A DNA stretch of 63,971 bases, filler included, from Calcarisporiella thermophila CBS 279.70 (taxonomy: Eukaryota > Fungi > Calcarisporiellomycota): NCBI RefSeq assembly GCF_041956535.1. It is 6 parts of 6 records of this genome, joined end to end, with 100 filler letters (N's around TTAATTAATTAA, not from the genome) between each part and the next. Parts side by side here need not be neighbours in the genome. Positions count along the whole stretch, not along the records: positions 29,390 to 55,463 come from NW_027192211.1; positions 55,564 to 61,755 come from NW_027192195.1; positions 61,856 to 63,971 come from NW_027192300.1; 3 more parts are not named here. One strand, given 5' to 3'. The notes below the pieces were generated by a model that was not told the DNA's origin, did no database searches, and saw only the letters and a program-made list of their open reading frames with translations. Shown here one piece after another: positions 50,829 to 63,567 of the stretch. The stretch's first letter is position 1. Every line of letters starts with the position of its first letter. The translations under genes were made by a program, and so were the position numbers.

Positions 50829-51287
50829 CCACACCTATCTTTTTGCTGTGTTTTATCCCGGTTCTGTTGAACGCTTATTTGAAGAAGTATCCAAGTAATA
50901 TAGAACATTATATTCTCAAAACGTTTATTTCCATGGTCCATCATTCTGGTTCGAATTTCTTACATAGCAAAGTAGGTGGAGAGGGAAGGGGAGGAGGAGG
51001 GGGAGGGGGGGGGAAGGGGGAGAGAGGGAAATGATTAAATAGCTGCAAAGGCTAGAAGCATTGCTACAGCGAACGAAATTTCAACAAAAGGGGGAGAGGG
51101 ACAATGTTTTCCTTCAATTCTTTTCCATTTCTTATAGGACAAAGTGATAAACTAATGCATTACTTAAACAAATTCAATAAGAGAGAGAAAGGTGAAAAAA
51201 AAAAATTAAACAAAATCAAAGGGGGGAAGGGGGAGGGGGGGGGGTATAAAAGTTCGTCCTAATAAAACAAGTGAAAGTGAAAAAGGC

Positions 51288-53421
51288 TCAAGTCTTATCC
51301 GTCAGTACACTTGATGTTGCTTCCTCTTGGAAAGGAGCTGCAACCGGAGATGTTGGGGAGGGATGGACATCATCGAGCGGAGAAGGGGGAGGAATTTTCG
51401 AAATCGCACCCATGGCTTTTTGCAGCAATTCCGGCGACCAAGAAACATGCTTGTTAATCTCGAACAGGGATTCGCCGTGATCGTCCGCCATCGCATCAAA
51501 GGCGCCCTCGTCTATTGACTGGCTCCTTCGGATGTTGCTGCAACTTCCTTCCTCCCTGAAGGAATCACGCGGGTGCCGGTGGAGAAACTGATGGGGTGAG
51601 AGGAGCATCGGGTCGTCTTCGGTTTCGGAATCATCCGGTGACGAGATGGGAGGAACACCGCGATCGCTATGTCTTCGGTTTTGGTCAACCTGGCGGACGC
51701 GATTCAGCTGCGACAGAGTTAGCAGGCCATGGCTTGCTGAGCGGACGGCCGGGCCGTATTTTCTTCGGCGACGAAGTCCGCTGATGGAATTCAACTCGAG
51801 TGCATCGTCTGTGATCACGACGGTGCCCGCTGCAAACGAGACTCGGCGGCCAGGATAGAGACCCTTGTTGTTGCGATCCGATTCATTTTCCCCCTCGGGG
51901 CCAGCCTTGTCGTGCTGCAATTCCTCCACTCTCTTCGGCGGGCCCGTGCTCGTCTCCAGATTCTGCCATAGCATTCGATTCCGAGAAAGCGTCTGCATAA
52001 ATATACGGGACTCGGGGAACAGATCAGCGATGGCCTCGAAGTAGGGTTTGACGATGAAGTCCCCAAACTTGAGGCTGATCTGCTGTTGGTCTGAGATGTC
52101 GCGGTTCATCTGCGGGGAGACGGGGAGGCCCTGCGCCTTTTCAAGGTCTCCCTGCCGGAAGAACTCCTCGACCACCAGATCGGACCAGCGCTTGCACAGC
52201 TCCCAGGGGCGAACGGTATTGCTGATGTCAGCTGCATGTAATATGATGTTACAGAGCTGTTGGCACTGCTCGTCGTCAAGAACACCGTAGAGGTCGCCGA
52301 CTGCTAAGCCGCCACGTTCCTCGCAGTTTCCCCCCTCCGCTTCTAGGCAGTGGTCGTTAGTGGATGTCAATCCACTCCCACTGCAACTCCGATGGTTCTC
52401 CAGGGTGGTGTCCATCGCCTCCAGCGCCTCCACGGCTACACCTGGAGCTGGGTGATTTGCCAGGCCCTGCTCCTGCTCCTCCTCATCCTCTTCTTGCTCC
52501 AGCTCCTGCTCGCTGCCCGTTGCCTGAGTGTCTGAGGGGGGGTTCAGTGACTCTACCATGAAGTTCAGCTGTGAGAGCAGGTCGTAGTGGAACGCCATAT
52601 CGGTTGCCAGAATGGCGTTTTCTATGGTAGCTCGGAATTGCTCTCGGGTCATGGGTTCCTCCTCGTCCCCGCCGGGGCTCCTCTTGGGTATCTCTTGTCG
52701 CTCGGGGCGAAGGTTACGCAACAGCCTGTGCTTATCGCAGAGCTCCATGGTCATGAAAATAGAGTACTTTTCTAGGACGGATGCGGTGCCAAAGAGCTTT
52801 GCCAATTCTGTCCCGGCATTGATCTGGTACATGTTGTTCAGTCCGGGCTAATTGTCGCAGCAGCAGCGAAATGGAAGACAAACACGGAGAAGAGGTTAGA
52901 GAGAGGGGGAGGGGGGGAAGTGCAGGGGATCAGCAATGCAAAGATCCACTTACATGACCCAGATCATGGCAGAGCCCGGCTATCAGAAGCGCAGCCACAT
53001 AGGAACGGGGTAAAAGCTCAGAGGCTTTGAGTTCATAGAGCATGTAATAAATCACACACACCACATCGACGGCATGCAGGAAAGAGTGATAGTAGTTGTG
53101 ATAGTAGCCATTTTCCACGCTCAGGATAAAATCAAGCAGCTCCGATTTTTGCACACCCAGAGTCTTGTTGACCCTGGCACGCACAAACATGCCCAGCACG
53201 ATCCCAAGTAGTTCCGGCAGGGAGTAGTCCCACACATTGAAATCGAGGCCAATCTTTATTTTCCCATTGCGAAATTTGATCAACGTCTATGTCAAATAGA
53301 GATATATGAGTCCCGACCGCTTTGTTATTTCTTAACCTTGTGATATATTTATCCGAAGGGTTACCCTCTCCACCGTAATGAGATCACCCGAGCTGAGAGT
53401 ATTATAGCGTAGAAGGAGCAT
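51288..53421 (-). CDS. Class I 3',5'-cyclic nucleotide phosphodiesterase, multi-exon; start uncertain
   Basis: YHSFLHAVDV, GLCHDLGH/PG, ILATDMAFH, LHAADISN, EEFFRQGDLE. Confidence 0.9.
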
Positions 53422-53854
53422 TGGGGGAAGGTGATTAAGATCAGTTAGCAGACACACGTCGATCCTTCAGAGCGAGGGGGTTGCCATGAAAGTCAATGAT
53501 CAAAGAGAAAGGCCGCTTGTATAGAGGAGGGCTAAAAAAAACAAGCCCTACCATGAACACCACTGATAAAAGTTAAGAGTATTAGGTTCAACCAATAGCC
53601 TGAAACCCAGGATTGTTCAACGTTTAATATTAACAATACAATCAATACATAATAACACTAAAAGCAATAACAAAACAAAACAGTGGAGGGTTCAGAACAA
53701 GCTAAGCAAAAAAAAAAAAAAAAAAATGCGGGAGGTTAAGAGGAAGATAAGCGTCCGCTGAAACATAAGACGCTGGAGGAGGGGGGAGGGAAAAAAACCG
53801 TCAAAAACCGATAAAAAGTTAAGTGGGCTAAACTTAAAAATTGCCAAATGAAAT

Positions 53855-55365
53855 CTACGACAAAAATTGCTTAGAAAAGACGTTGTTAGTCTCGTCCACG
53901 TACTGCACGTTCAGGCTGTCTAGAAACCGGTGGAAGGACTCGAGCTCTTCGTCGGGTACCTGGAGCCCGACCAGGACCTTGCCCATATCGGCCCCGTGAT
54001 CTCTGGCAGAGGCCGGTGAGAAAAAGCCAAGGTGAGAAAAGCCGGCGAGAGCCTGGTCAGCCTGGTTTTAGGCCGTAATTTTGGCACCTACCTATAGTGG
54101 AACAGCGAAAAGTTCCAGCCCGTTCCGCCCGCCCATAGTCCTCTCAAAAACTTGTATAATGCCCCGGGACGCTCCGGGAAAGCTAGGATTTGCGGCACAA
54201 GGGTTAGGCCAGGCATTCTTTGCCCCATGATTTCGATGGGCAGCACAAGAGAAGGCAGAGGGAGGAGGGAGGAGGGAGGGGAAAAAGAGGCAAAATTACA
54301 ACTTACTAAATCGATACAGACGCTCGTTTTCCACCTGCATCCGCCCGCCCATCAAATAGCGGCCGTGCGTTTTGGCCATCTCGTTCTCCGAGATGTCCCA
54401 TGCCTGAATCGAATCTCTCTGCAACGACGCGATAATGTCGGGCACCTCCGCCTTCCGATCCTCCACACGGAAGGACACGTAGATATAGGCTTGATCCGGA
54501 TCGGAATATCGATAGGCCAGCTCCATCACACTGCGCGGGTGGATGTGCTCGTAAAAGTTGAAGAAGCTCCCAGGGCGCTCGGGGATAATGGCGCTGACCA
54601 GCGCTTCGGTCTGCTCTCCGATGGCGGCGCGCTCGGCGACGAACCCGAGCCGCTCGAAGTTCATGTTGGCGCCGGAGAGGACGGCAACGTGGGTGCCACC
54701 GCGCAGCTCGGGATGCAGGGAGAGATATTTCTTGAGGCCGGCGACGGAGAGCGCCCCGGCCGGCTCACAGATCGACCGGGTATCCTCGAAAATATCCTTG
54801 ATGGCGGCGCAGATTTCGTCGTTGCTGACGAGGACCATGTCGTCAATGAGGTCGCGGCACACACGGAAGGTCTCCTCGCCCACAATCCGCACCGCCTTAC
54901 CGTCCGCAAACAGCCCGACCTCCTTCAGCTCCACGCGATGCCTCTGGGCCAGGCTCTGCGTCATGGCGTCTGCGTCGTGGGTCTCCACGCCCACCACCCT
55001 GATCCGCGGGCACAGGCGCTTCACGTAGGCAGCCACCCCTGCGAGGAGCCCTCCGCCCCCCACGCATACGAAGATGGTGTCGATCGCGTCCATGGACATT
55101 TGCCGCAGAATCTCCACCCCGACCGTGCCCTGGCCCGCGATGACGTACGGGTCGTCGTAGGGTGGGATGTTCGTGTAGCCGTGCTCGGCGGCCAGTCGCG
55201 CGCATTCCCGCTTGGCCTCGTCAAAATCGGCCCCATGCAGCACCACCTGCCCACCAAGCCGCACGACATTCTGCCACTTGATGGTGGGCGTATGGACGGG
55301 CATGACAATCACCGCCTTGATGCCCAGATGCTTTGCAGCCATGGCGACCCCCTGGGCATGGTTTC
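53855..55365 (-). CDS. ILV1: Biosynthetic threonine dehydratase, 5'-truncated by contig end
   Basis: GNHAQG, IAGQGT, VGGGGL, SGANMNFERL and two ACT-like PERPG repeats. Stop at 53855. Confidence 0.93.
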
Positions 55366-55589
55366 CTAATATCAAGAGCCAGCCACGGTCAAGAGGACAT
55401 TAGAGACAGTCGGGGGGGGGGGGAGAGAGGAGGGAAGAGAGTGAGAATGGAGACGGGGGAGGANNNNNNNNNNNNNNNNNNNNNNNNNNNNNNNNNNNNN
55501 NNNNNNNTTAATTAATTAANNNNNNNNNNNNNNNNNNNNNNNNNNNNNNNNNNNNNNNNNNNNTGTACCGCGAAACGATTTAACAATTT

Positions 55590-56037
55590 AATTTGCGACT
55601 AAGCCTAACACATGCGACGGCTTAGTCGAAATGGAATAAGCAGCCATAAGTCCACGTTTCACTATGGAGAGGCCGTTTATTGGTAGAATTTGAGCTACTT
55701 CCAGAGGTATATAGAGAAAAAATAAAATAAAATTAAAAGTTGCGGATAAAAATATCGAAGAATTTAAAGTTAATGGAATTTAGTAAATCACTGTATGCTA
55801 AATACTGAAGTATGGGGATTAAGGCTATACAACTGTGTCGATTATCAATTCTGACCCTTTGACCATTCCCAAGAAGAGTGAGAATTAAATCATCTAATAA
55901 AGAGCTGTAGATATTACACTAATTATAATAAAAAAAATAAAACTAAAAAATGAAGGGAGGGATTGCGAATCATGGACTTATGACCTCCTATTCCATTTCG
56001 ACCAAGTCGTAGAATGAGCTAGGCTTAGTATCAAATT
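55590..56037. mobile_element. MITE-like element with ~65-bp imperfect terminal inverted repeats
   Basis: 55590-55656 (AATTTGCGACTAAGCCTA...GTCGAAATGGAATA...CATAAGTCCA) pairs with 55971-56037. AT-rich non-coding interior. No TSD identified. Confidence 0.65.
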
Positions 56038-56827
56038 TGCATAATCAACTCAACATACTCCAAGGTTATGCTTTTAAAATTCACTATCTCCTATTGTACC
56101 TGTACTATGCGAAAAATATGTCAAAGTGTTAAAATAAACTTAAAGGCTGAGAACAAAAAATTTTATGTCACGTGCGGAAAAATTCACAACTCCGATTTAT
56201 CCATTTCTCCATACAAATTCTATTAGGTTCAACCCAAATATATATTTCGTTAAATCTATTTCACCTACTGATATATTTATAATTGATTATGTGAATATGT
56301 ATTTAGACTTATTATTCGAGTGGTAGAAATACATTAGTATAATTGACAATATAATAAACGCTTTTTCATCCCCACTCAGCTTTTAAATATAGAAGTGATT
56401 ACAAGCCCGATCACTTGTCAAAGCATAAAAGCGTTAATGCTCCAAGCCAAATGTTGCCGGGGTCATCTCTTTGCCGCACACAAAGCTTTTCCGAAGTGCA
56501 ATAAGATTGTCTCGACGAGACTTAGCCAAAGCTCCAGTCACTTGGTTTGACTCAAGACAAGTCCGCTAAGTTAATATAGGCTACAAATAAAGGCTTTGAT
56601 ACACCATGTTTCTTTGCAAAGCAATTCAAATTCTCTCCTCGAATACTGCAGCATGATTTTGGGTTAAGTTACACGTTAATCTTGATCTAAGTAGATTAAG
56701 CTTAAATATTGATAATGTAAATTGTATTACCTCGAGGTCAGTCGTAATCTATAAATATTGTAAGAATATTTTTATTTATTTCAGGTGACCCTACCCAAAA
56801 ATAAGGATAGCTCATTTTACGCAACCT

Positions 56828-59800
56828 ATGGAGTTTTCATCATCGAATAGCACCAATAATACTAAATCCGCTTCATGGATAAAAAGTAAAAATATATTCA
56901 ATAATTTATTCTTCAAAAAGCCAAAACAAAACGAATATAAGAAAATATCCCAAATATCATATTTTAATGTTTACCGATATGCTAGTAAGGTTGATATGGT
57001 GTTGATTTTGTAGGTACATAATCAAAAGGATATCACCTACAGGTATTAATTAAATATCTCATATAGGTTCGGAATATTTTCCAGTATTACGGCAGGCATT
57101 TTGAGATCGTTTATTATCCTATTCCTATGGAAGGCTGCCGCTGCCATAAATACGATAGGAGACCCTAATTCTAACATTCAGAACATGACTGAAATTCTTG
57201 CTACGTTTTTGGGGTTGGTCGTTTCACTTGTGCTTACTTCATACTTGTCAAATTGCTTTTGGTCACTTGCCGGCGAAAACCAGACAAATGTAAGAGACTA
57301 GCCCCATGTTTCCTTCAAACATATTTTAATTGCAATATATGACATTTGCACAGCGTATCCGCGAGCTCTACTTCCACGCAATACTCCACCAGGATCAGAG
57401 CTGGTTTGACCTGAATCAGACAGAGTCACTCAACACTCGTCTCTCCTCTGATACATTACTAATCCAAGATGGTCTCTCAGAAAAAGTTGGTTTTCTCCTG
57501 ATGGACACGTCGCTTACTATATCTAGTTTTGTGTTGGCATTTTATGTTGGGTGGAGGGTAGCAGTTGTATTGCTTGCGATGGTTCCGTTGCTCGTGTTCA
57601 CGGGTTATGCAGATGGGCGGGTAATAAATAGACAGACCGAGAAAGTCCAGGATGCTTATTCCAGTGCCGGTGCCTTAATGGAACAGTGCATTGCCGGAAT
57701 TCGCACGGTCACCGCCTTCTCCATGCAGCGTCAATTTGCCAATCTATTCAATTCATATCTAAATATTGCCTATCAAGTCGGCGTTCAAGGAGCTATGAAA
57801 GTTGGTGAGGAAGTCAACACTAATATTTCCTATGCGATTAACTAAGCTTTATGTTTGATTGAACTTAAGGGATTTGTACGGGTTTGGTAGACTTTTTTTA
57901 TTTCAGCGCATATAGCTTTGGGTTTTGGTATAGTGCGCGCTTAATTTCTCAAGGAACCGTGTCTAGCATGACAGCATTACAAGCATTTTTTTTAGTACTC
58001 GCGGGATCATATAAAATAGGGTAACTTCATTTATCTATCCTTTACAAAACCCAAAATGTAAACTTTACCGATCGAATATTTACAGTGAGATTCTACCAAA
58101 TTACAAGGCGCTTGTGGAAGCTCAGGTAGCAGCGAGTAAAATATTCGCAGCCATTGACCAGAAGCCAGTTATCACTTCTACTATCAAATCCCAGAAAAAG
58201 CCTGTAAGAACTTGCCAGGGAGAAATTACATTTTGTGATGTTCATTTCAGTTATCCTTCCCGCCCAACTATCTCAGTATTGTCGGGAGTTGACATTACCA
58301 TTCCTAGCGGCAAAACTATCGCACTAGTTGGTGCCTCTGGAGGTGGAAAATCCACCATAACCCAGTTAATCCAGCGCGTTTATGATCCAACTTCAGGCAA
58401 GATTTTACTAGATGGTGTGGATTTATGTAACTTTGATGTAAGCTGGTTGAGAAAGCAGATTGGAATGGTTGATCAGGAGCCAGTTCTATTTGATGATACT
58501 ATACGCAATAATATCGCCCTTGGTGCGCCCGATCGCAATTTGACGCAAAATGAGATCGAAGAAGCATGCATCATGGCAAACTGCCACGACTTCATTAGCA
58601 ATCTACCCCATGGATACGAGACAAGGGTTGGAGAGCTAGGCTCTCAGCTATCCGGAGGTCAAAAACAGCGCATTGCCATAGCAAGGGCCCTTATTCGTAA
58701 CCCAGCAATCCTGCTATTGGATGAGGCTACTTCCGCACTTGATACTAGATCGGAAAAACTGGTTCAAGAGGCCTTGAAGAATGCTTCTCAAAATCGAACT
58801 ACAATAATCATTGCACATCGACTTTCCACGATCCGTGAGGCAGATCGGATCATAGTTGTGGAAAAAGGAAAGATAGTCGAGCAGGGTACGCACGCACAAT
58901 TGATGGCAAATAAGTGTACATACATGTCGTACGTGCAGAAACAACAACTCAGAACTGACGAAAGCCATAACGAAGAGGACTTCATTGATATATCACACAA
59001 TAAAAAGAGTAACAAAGAAACAGATAGCAGAACCTATATTACAAGCGAATCAAGGCATAGTAATCAAATGGCTGAGCCTATTGGAGCTGAAATTATTTCA
59101 GAAAAACGGCCAATATATAGGACGATGTGCATGATGTCCCAGGACTGGAAGTTCATGGGGTTAGCCGCATTTGGTGCCCTTATTTATGGAGGTGTAAGTA
59201 AACTTTCAGCATGTGTTTGGCGTTGTAAAGTAACCTTTGGATTTTCTTCAATATTCTTTCCAGGTCGATCCTGTGCTGGGTTTGTTAATTGGCCGTATGT
59301 TAAGCATTCTAAATCTACCGTTGGAACAAATAGAAGAAGCCTCCAAGTTTTGGTGTCTCATCTATCGTAATTAACCCTAATTTTGATTATTTTATCATAC
59401 TTTAATATACATGCTTTATGAAATAGTGGCTATAGCCATCATAGGATTTTTTGCGGTTGTTCTAAGAAATGGAATTACACTTTTTTGTGGCGAACGTCTA
59501 ATTCGACGGTTACGAGCTCAAACATTCAACAACCTCTTGCGACAAGAAATGACCTTTTTCGACCATCCTGGACGCACTTCAAGTGCCCTTACATCAGGGT
59601 TTGCAAAAGACGCCACATTAGTAATAGAGTTACCAAAATTACTTATCATCAATGGAGGAAATGCTCTTTCGACAGCTTTTATCGGACTATTCATAAGCTT
59701 TAGCTACGGGTGGAAATTATCACTGATGCTACTACCGACGATGCCTCTTATTATCGGTGCATTGATCTTCCGCATGAAATCATTGCAAGGGTAACAGTAA

Positions 59801-61215
59801 ATAGTTGCACAATTTAGATGGAATTTCCTAAAAAGACTCTCTAGTTTTTCAGGCAAGATGGAAAAGGAGTACCGGATAGCTGGAACGGTCGCTGGTGAAG
59901 CAATTCGAGAGATAAGAACTATCCGATCGCTCGGAGTGGAAAGGGTTTTCGAGAAGAAGTATGCAGGTTGGTATTAACCTAACTTCTATTTTTCAGTCAA
60001 ATATAACTCCTATCATTTTTTCAATAGAGTGTTGTCAGGTACCCCATGGGTTTGCATTGAAGAAAGCCTTTATTACTTCTATCGGGTTTGGATTATCTCA
60101 AGGGCTGTATTATTTTGTCTACCTCTTGGGACTGTATCTTGGGGCGCGACTCATGCATTCGGGTGAAATGACCTCTCAACAAGTCTCAGTAGTACTCTTT
60201 ACGGTTGTATGGACATCCATAGCATTAAGTGAACTCTCTGCTCACTTGTCAAATTTTGTAAAAGCCAAGCAAGCTGCTATCAACCTATTCGCTTTGCTAG
60301 ATAAAAAATCGACAATCGATCCAGATGCACCGGGTAAATGTATAGTGATAGCTCCAGGAACTGCAGAATTGCAAAATGTTGAATTCGCCTACCCGATGAG
60401 ACCCGACGCATTGATATGCAAAAATATATCGGTGTTAATTCAACAGCATCAAAAGGTCGCCATAGTAGGCCCTAGTGGGTGTGGTAAATCAACCATCATT
60501 TCTCTGCTACTCCGATGGTACAACTGCAATAAGGGTGCGGTATCGGTTGAGGGTGTCAATGTCAAGGAGTGGCAAGTCGATTCTATGCGACAAAAAATTG
60601 GGTATGTCGGCCAAGAGCCTGTACTTTTCGATATGACCGTGAAAGAAAATATCTTGCTCGGATGCCGAAAGGGTCAAGTGGTGACGCAAGAGGAGATAGA
60701 AGAGGTGGCAAAAAAGGCAAACATACACGACTTTATCTGCAGTCTTCCCAATGGCTACCACACACGGGTAGGCGATAAGGGAAAGCAACTTTCTGGGGGT
60801 CAGAAGCAGAGGGTGGCCATCGCGAGAGCACTGTTGAGGAATCCTGAAATTTTGCTATTGGATGAAGCCACCAGTGCTCTGGATTCTGACTCAGAAAAGG
60901 TGGTGCAAGAGGCACTGGATTCTGCAATGGTAGGCCGCACGACACTGGTTATTGCCCATAGACTTTCAACTGTACAGGACTCGAATCTCATCAGTGAGTA
61001 CTTTTGAATCCCTTGAAATATGTGAACGACTCTAATCCCATAGTAATAGTTGTAATGAAAGATGGCGAGATACAGGAAGTAGGGTAAGGCATTTTGTTTA
61101 TATAACATCTAATATTGAATTGATACACAAGAAAAATAATAGAACGCATGCCGAGCTACTTGCGCGTCCTGGCATCTATCGTGAGCTAGTGAGACAACAG
61201 AATCTCAATCATTAA
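56828..61215 (+). CDS. Full-length ABCB/MDR (P-glycoprotein-type) transporter, multi-exon
   Basis: TMD-NBD-TMD-NBD layout. Walker A GASGGGKST and GPSGCGKST, LSGGQKQR twice, LLLDEATSALD twice. The splice junctions checked keep the frame. Confidence 0.94.
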
Positions 61216-62754
61216 TGCTTTATCATCGATTATTCTTCAGTATTTATATTTACTCATGTGCTCTGTAAGCGAGTGTTTTATGGTGATAGCAAGGTTCATA
61301 GGGAAAAATTGTCCGATTCATTTTTAATTCCAGAAAATTGGCAACGTATCTTAGAAAATTTTATTTTCAAAAATTCTTTGCATGAGGGTGGCTTATTACT
61401 CTTCATGATTCCATAGTGTACGTCATCATGAACTTTCCTCTTATTAGATAATAGAGATACATTAAGGAGTCAAAAGGAGGACGAAATTGTTAATTTGTTT
61501 CGAGGATAAATTTCAATGCTAGTGGATAATTGAAGGTTGAATTGCTTTGTTATCAATGAGTCCTGTTGCATGCTGTTGCTTTCCAATCTGTATAAAGTAA
61601 GTGAAAGTTAAGTAAGAATAGTGTAGGCAACAATGAGGCGCAAGTTTAGACTCTATCGACAGCTTCACCGGAGACAATCTCCAGGGTAATGGATCTGTTT
61701 GCATGATGATACTTCGAGAATTATGGTCGAGTAACCGCCGTTTGAGGAACTTTTTNNNNNNNNNNNNNNNNNNNNNNNNNNNNNNNNNNNNNNNNNNNNT
61801 TAATTAATTAANNNNNNNNNNNNNNNNNNNNNNNNNNNNNNNNNNNNNNNNNNNNTGAGAGTAATCTTGCCTCTTTAGAGCAGAGAGATATCAGAAAAAA
61901 AAAAGCCGGGCGCTCTTCAAAGGCCCCCTATATTTCGAAGCAGTCTCATATGCGTGTTGAAAAGGGATCGAAAAATGTGAGGGATTTAGGATTGATTTAA
62001 TGACATATGGACCTACTCTCTATACATTCATTGCAGAAAATTATTTCCTCCGTTTCCAGTGCAGCTCAACATATCATCCCAAAGAAAGTCCAAAAGCGCA
62101 GTGGAAAATAATCGAAGAATGTAAGTAATGTACATTAAAGCCGACTTTAACTGCCAAGACTGGTTGAGTATCATTTTGGTACTCTTGCAGGAGGTTATTT
62201 CTTTGCTCTGCAAAGCAGGCCAACTCGTCGGATGTGAAGTCAACATCGGCGATATCTATGCTAAAGTGATTACCGCCAAAATGACAGAGAACTCTGTCAT
62301 GGTGGAAGTGAAGGAGGAGGTAGAGGAAGGTGTCTGGGATCAGTATGAGATCGAGTATAATACAAATATGAAGCCGCTTCATTGAACAAAGTGCAGAAAT
62401 CGCCCATTGAATATACATTGAATACTATATGCGTTATCAGTAGGCTAAACACGAGAAATATAATTTTCATACCTTTCTTCTCTACATCCCAAAAAATATC
62501 GTTTATCCTTAATTTTGTTTATTATTTTGTACTGATAAAAATAGGATGTCAGAATAGGTAATTATGACGAAGCAAGAGTATATGAATTTTATTTTGATTG
62601 TTCATAATGCTGATATGCCTGCTACTCTCTTCCTTTTAACAAGCTAGGAAAATATAGGCGAGTTTAGACTTTTATCATGTACAAAAGAGAGGAATTGCAG
62701 GCATACTACTTACGCAAATATATGGAGTAGTTTACTTGTACTCAACCTCTTTAA

Positions 62755-62828
62755 TGGAAGGAGTAGGATTCGAATCTATTTAATTGACTTCGAAAGGCAG
62801 CATTAAATCAACTTTATAGCACATCTTC
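62755..62828 (-). pseudogene. Degenerate tRNA-like sequence (apparent anticodon TCG)
   Basis: The minus strand has a TTTCGAA loop and T-arm ATAGATTCGAATCCTAC-TCCTTCCA at tRNA spacing. Acceptor and D stems are mismatched. Confidence 0.35.
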
Positions 62829-63032
62829 AGTAATCGTATCACCGATATAGTAGCTTTATTTTGCAGTTCATTATAAAGCATTATTCCTAGATGTGCATCC
62901 CAAAATATTTTGTAACGCTGAGCTTATAAATGACTCTTTCCGGTATTATATGCTTAACTTACTCTGGCAATAAAGCAAATATCTACTTGCTATTGGTAAG
63001 CCAACGGAGGCTAGTCGAGTTCCTTGTCATGC

Positions 63033-63398
63033 TCATAAGAGAGGAATAAAAGGCAAATCGCCACCACGGACATACATTGTGAAATCCATAAATTCTGCAT
63101 CTTGTACAGAGACTCGAATGCTTCTTATATGGGGATCTCCATTAGGGGATTGACCATTCACCCACGGCAATCCCCGGATAAAATTTAGTAAAATCACCAC
63201 TTCAAGGAGTTGGCAACCGCTTTGATGTCGGAATATACTTTGTTGGATTCGCAAAAATCCGGCTTCAGATATAAGAGCGGCGAGTTCTGTGTAATATTGA
63301 ATATGTGAACCATATGAATCGATTAGGGCTCTTCGACCTAAATCATATTGGATGATCCAGTGGCCAACTCGAAAGAGACCCTCTCTGACAGCCTGCAT
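63033..63398 (-). CDS. VapD/Cas2-like (ferredoxin-fold) endoribonuclease homolog, intronless, 121 aa
   Basis: The motifs IIQYDL / YTELAALISEAGFLRIQQSIF / LPWV / IRSIR / DFTMYVR parallel, in order, the bacterial VapD pattern IAFDL / YxDI..L...GFxxxQGSxY / LxW / VRDIR / SDFT as recalled. Confidence 0.75.
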   Translation of the reverse strand: MQAVREGLFRVGHWIIQYDLGRRALIDSYGSHIQYYTELAALISEAGFLRIQQSIFRHQSGCQLLEVVILLNFIRGLPWVNGQSPNGDPHIRSIRVSVQDAEFMDFTMYVRGGDLPFIPLL

Positions 63399-63567
63399 TA
63401 TATTCTTTTATGAGTTCAAAAGAAAATCAAGAGCAAAATACCTGTGAAAGTATATGCTGCCTCATAAGCATCTTTGGAAGAATGTATGCTGAATATATGC
63501 TAATCAATATTTTTCAAGCCACTCAATTAGGTTAGGTTAAAAGTCGTGAAAAAGGTATAAATGTAAG

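Noticed and set aside
54152-55369. 405-aa + strand ORF, and similar antisense ORFs over the bZIP, RSPRY1-like, NOP15 and rrm4 genes
   Set aside because: Shadow ORFs caused by GC-rich codon usage or low complexity on the coding strand; no recognisable motifs.
25512-61215. NRPS, Gly-rich precursor and ABC transporter as one biosynthetic cluster
   Set aside because: They lie on three different contigs separated by artificial linkers.
14841-61855. Recurrent TTAATTAATTAA palindrome inside N runs as a biological repeat
   Set aside because: Five identical 100-bp spacers with stops in all frames are an artificial contig-joining linker.
62035-62385. Exon-like + strand fragments convergent on the VapD-like gene
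   Set aside because: Plausible splice signals exist, but the contig is truncated and no frame or family could be supported.
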